Source: Parasitella parasitica NRRL 2501 (Eukaryota; Fungi; Mucoromycota). From it: a stretch of DNA of 40,740 bases. The DNA lies in assembly GCA_025201805.1 (NCBI GenBank), contig MU619241.1, positions 425,115 to 465,854 of the forward strand, in the 5' to 3' direction. The stretch's first letter is position 1. The number at the start of each line of letters is the position of its first letter. The translations under genes and the position numbers were made by a program. The notes below the pieces were generated by a model. It was not told the DNA's origin. It searched no databases and saw only the letters and a list, made by a program, of their open reading frames with translations. This document shows positions 37,970-40,740 of the stretch, one piece after another.

Positions 37970-38694
37970 TGTAAGTAACACAGATCTGAGCACCAGGATA
38001 AAGGTTAAGGCACTGCCAGATCAAAGACATGTAGCCCTTGCTGTATAACCTCATATCGTACCCTGTCAAGTAGATTGTCACTGTGAATTAGTCTTGTCAA
38101 TTAGTAATCTAAATAAGTCACCATAAATTTATGTAATTGTAAAAAGTATAAATAGCAGATGCAATTTCGATCTTAAATAAAGTATCTTTAGTTTTCGTAT
38201 CTCGTTAACCTTTGGTTTTTATTCTATCTTTTTTAACCCAACATTTATCCTCACATCGCTTCCCTCAGTTCATAGAAAGTATATAAACCCTCTATTTTTG
38301 AATGTAATAAACGGATCTTTACCTGATTAATTTCTATTTGAACTTTTCTGATAAATCAATAAGGAATAAGCTACAAGTTGTAATTGGACCTCTTGCAAGG
38401 TTCCAGGCTTATTCAAAGAATACATCTAGATCAGATCGCGGGATGTCGGGAAGACATCCTACTAATCTTCTCTTTAATGTAAAATAAAAAGATAGATCTG
38501 TCCTAGAAATGCTGTGATTTAATAAGGTTTGACACTTCTTATCAAACATCAGATGTTATGTGGATAAACATTGATTGGGATATATTTTAGTATAAATAGA
38601 GATCATATCTTATATCAATAAAAGTCTTCAGTTTTGTATCTGGTTTTATTCAGAAAAGTCTTATCACTTTATACAAATCATATTTTACATAACA
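37970..38694 (+). mobile_element. Additional LTR-like fragments: two of a second type ending ...AACA (38243, 38694) and a diverged 3' half of type A (38244-38358)
   Basis: Both second-type copies share GTATAAATAG...AATAAA(A)GT...AGTTTT(C)GTATCT...GGTTTT(T)ATT...AACA. The middle piece shares GATCTTTACCTGATTAATT and TTCTGATAAATCA with copy A. Left boundaries are uncertain. Confidence 0.5.
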
Positions 38695-38864
38695 TTACGC
38701 TGCGCCCTTTGACACTGGCACAACAAAAATGACTGACTAGAAAATGTTGCAATCTGTACGGTAGATGCTTGAATATGATAAGGAATTAAACAAAATAAAA
38801 TAAAATAAAATAAAGAATATGATTAGAGAGATGATTTTGTTGACATTATTCTTGTTGTTTTTGT

Positions 38865-39175
38865 TGTAAGTGATTTATCAGAATGAGAAATTGTTCAAAT
38901 AAAACGGTTGTGAATTAATCAGGTAAAGATCTCGTTTATTACATGGAAAAAATGATGGTTTATATACTAGTGAATCTAAGTGGACTGATGGGAGGATAAG
39001 ATACAAGTGTGAGACATAGTGTGATTTAGAGAATGGAACGATAGATCGTATCTATTGTCCATGAACATGTCATGTTGAGTTATAAATAAGGAACATGATC
39101 CATTGGGATATGCTCCTGAATTGTGTTCAGGATTGAGTTTACTTGAGTTTGACATCCGGTTGGGAAATTGACACA
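38865..39175 (-). mobile_element. Solo-LTR-like repeat, copy B, inverted relative to copy A
   Basis: Reverse complement reads TGTGTCAATTTCCC...CACTTACA, with TATA and AATAAA-like signals. Confidence 0.7.
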
Positions 39176-39383
39176 TCAGTAAGAAAGATACATATGTTGT
39201 TATTGCTATTGTTAGTTAGATGAAATCCAAATTGAGAGCCTTTCATTCCATATATTTTGAACCCTTTCCACCAATTCGACCATAATAACATCAAAGATAA
39301 TAAACATCAACTGTCAATACCTTACTGAGCTTCAAAAATAAAAAGAGATATGCTAAAAACACCACTTCTCTCATCTCAATGGT

Positions 39384-39882
39384 CATTTTAGCAAAAGCTT
39401 TGGGCAAATATCTGATATTTATGATAAGTATTGAAAAATGAAACTGTTTTTGCGCATAACTTTTCATAGACACATTGCCCAGTCAAACCCAAGTTATGCT
39501 CAGATAGCGATAGTCATGCGTGTACTTATGGCGCATGAGAAAGGCTTTGATCTGATCTCTACCGCAGCCTATTATTGATTATATGCAATTCTGATATGTA
39601 AATTTGTGATTTCATCTGATAACTTTATAGATATCGATAAAGAATGAATACCAATTTTGTTTCCGGGTAAAGGTGAGTCAACGCTAAGTTTTCCAACTTA
39701 GATTGCGGTTCTAAGGTTATTTTAGCAGAAGTTATGAGCAAATATGTGATATTTATGATAAATATTGAAAACTATAACTCGGATTGCAGATAACTTTTGA
39801 TAGAAAGGTCGCCGAGTGGAAAGCATTTTATGCTCAGATAGCGATGATCATGCCTGTATTTATGACGCATAAGACAGGCTTT
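39384..39882. repeat. Diverged direct repeat of ~165 bp (39384-39548 and 39718-39882), period ~334 bp
   Basis: Shared blocks ATTTTAGCA, GCAAATAT.TGATATTTATGATAA.TATTGAAAA, ATAACTTTT, TTATGCTCAGATAGCGAT and GCAT.AGA.AGGCTTT. Confidence 0.75.
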
Positions 39883-39929
39883 ATTTTCCTCTTTAGCAAA
39901 GCTATCAGTGATCATGTGCAATTTTGATA

Positions 39930-40463
39930 TATACTTCAATTTTTTGAGCGACACGATGGACGAAATGGACAAGCATCCAGATATTTTCAAGGACAACTAC
40001 TTGATCATGGACAATGCTCCAATCCACACAAACGATATGATATCAAGCTTTTCATTGAAAGTCGTGGTTACAGATGTGTTTATCTTCCTCCTTACTCTCC
40101 AGAGCTTAAACCTATTGAGCAATTCTGGTCAGTTTGTAAGAGTAAGCTTAAACGAGAGTAGCTGTTAACGGAAGAGACACTCACATCTAGAATCAGAGAC
40201 GCATGCAATCAAGTGCTTATTAGCGATCTCAAGGGATTCTGTAAATACTCTTGTGATAGATTCAATGATTGCTTGCAAGAAAGGCATCTTTAGTAATAAA
40301 GATTATTTGTCGCTTGTGTCGCATTCAAATTTTGTGTCAAATTTTAATTCATTTATGCGCCAGTTAGTGCGCCAAGTTTTTTTCCCAAATGTGTGCCATT
40401 TTATTTTCAAACTGTGCGACAAATTCTTTCCCAAATGTGCGCCAATAATTTGTGAAAAAAGTG
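39930..40463 (+). mobile_element. Tc1/mariner (IS630-like) transposon 3' remnant with frameshifted transposase
   Basis: LIMDNAPIH, then a frameshift, then IESRGYRCVYLPPYSPELKPIEQFWSVCKSKLKRE* with an internal stop. Subterminal TGTGCG/TGCGCC repeats follow, and a probable end ...TGAAAAAAGTG|TA. Confidence 0.88.
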
Positions 40464-40586
40464 TAACAGCAGAATGAATGTCGAAATGAATAAATCTGGT
40501 CTTTCTAACTTTTATAAATTTTAATGTACGACTGAACATTATGATGTAAAAACGTCTCACGCTGGATCAAATTTATGTAAAAGTAT

Positions 40587-40659
40587 AGCCCAACGTGGGG
40601 GTCGAACCCACAGCCTTGAGATTAAGAGTCTCACGCTCTACCGATTGAGCTAGCTAGGC
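40587..40659 (-). tRNA. tRNA-Lys (anticodon CTT), intronless
   Basis: Reverse complement GCCTAGCTAGCTCAATCGGTAGAGCGTGAGACT-CTT-AATCTCAAGGCTGTGGGTTCGACCCCCACGTTGGGCT gives a 73-nt cloverleaf with A/B boxes and a downstream T4 terminator. Confidence 0.96.
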
Positions 40660-40740
40660 ATTTCTAGCGTTTTTCCAGCGCTTTTTACCATTTTATTCTG
40701 GTGAAAACACTTTTACTTCAACAAAAAACGTATTTTCTCG

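Noticed and set aside
1614-40659. Functional link between ELP3 and the tRNA-Lys gene
   Set aside because: Elongator modifies U34 tRNAs, whereas this tRNA has C34 (CTT) and lies 37 kb away.

Overview
Intron-rich, compact eukaryotic DNA from a filamentous fungus. Short 50-80 nt introns with CTAAC/CTAAT branch points and the gene content suggest Mucorales, which is an inference. The window holds 11 spliced protein-coding genes: ELP3, an unknown Ser/Pro/Arg-rich protein with SxIP motifs, a secreted phosphoesterase, a GT49-like glycosyltransferase, ILV5, a class II aldolase/adducin protein, PMP3, SKI3, a thioredoxin-like membrane protein, a neurofibromin/IRA RasGAP and an M13 metallopeptidase. There is also a tRNA-Lys(CTT). 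Mobile DNA comprises a decayed Helitron (helicase fragment plus an intact 3' terminus), a cluster of solo-LTR-like repeats including a ~313-bp inverted pair, and a Tc1/mariner 3' remnant. I see no convincing new multi-gene system. The most striking observation is an apparent 2-nt micro-exon needed to keep the neurofibromin gene in frame. Next come two GC-AG introns, a candidate uncharacterised microtubule plus-end protein and the inverted LTR pair. Exon boundaries were derived by hand and need RNA-seq confirmation.
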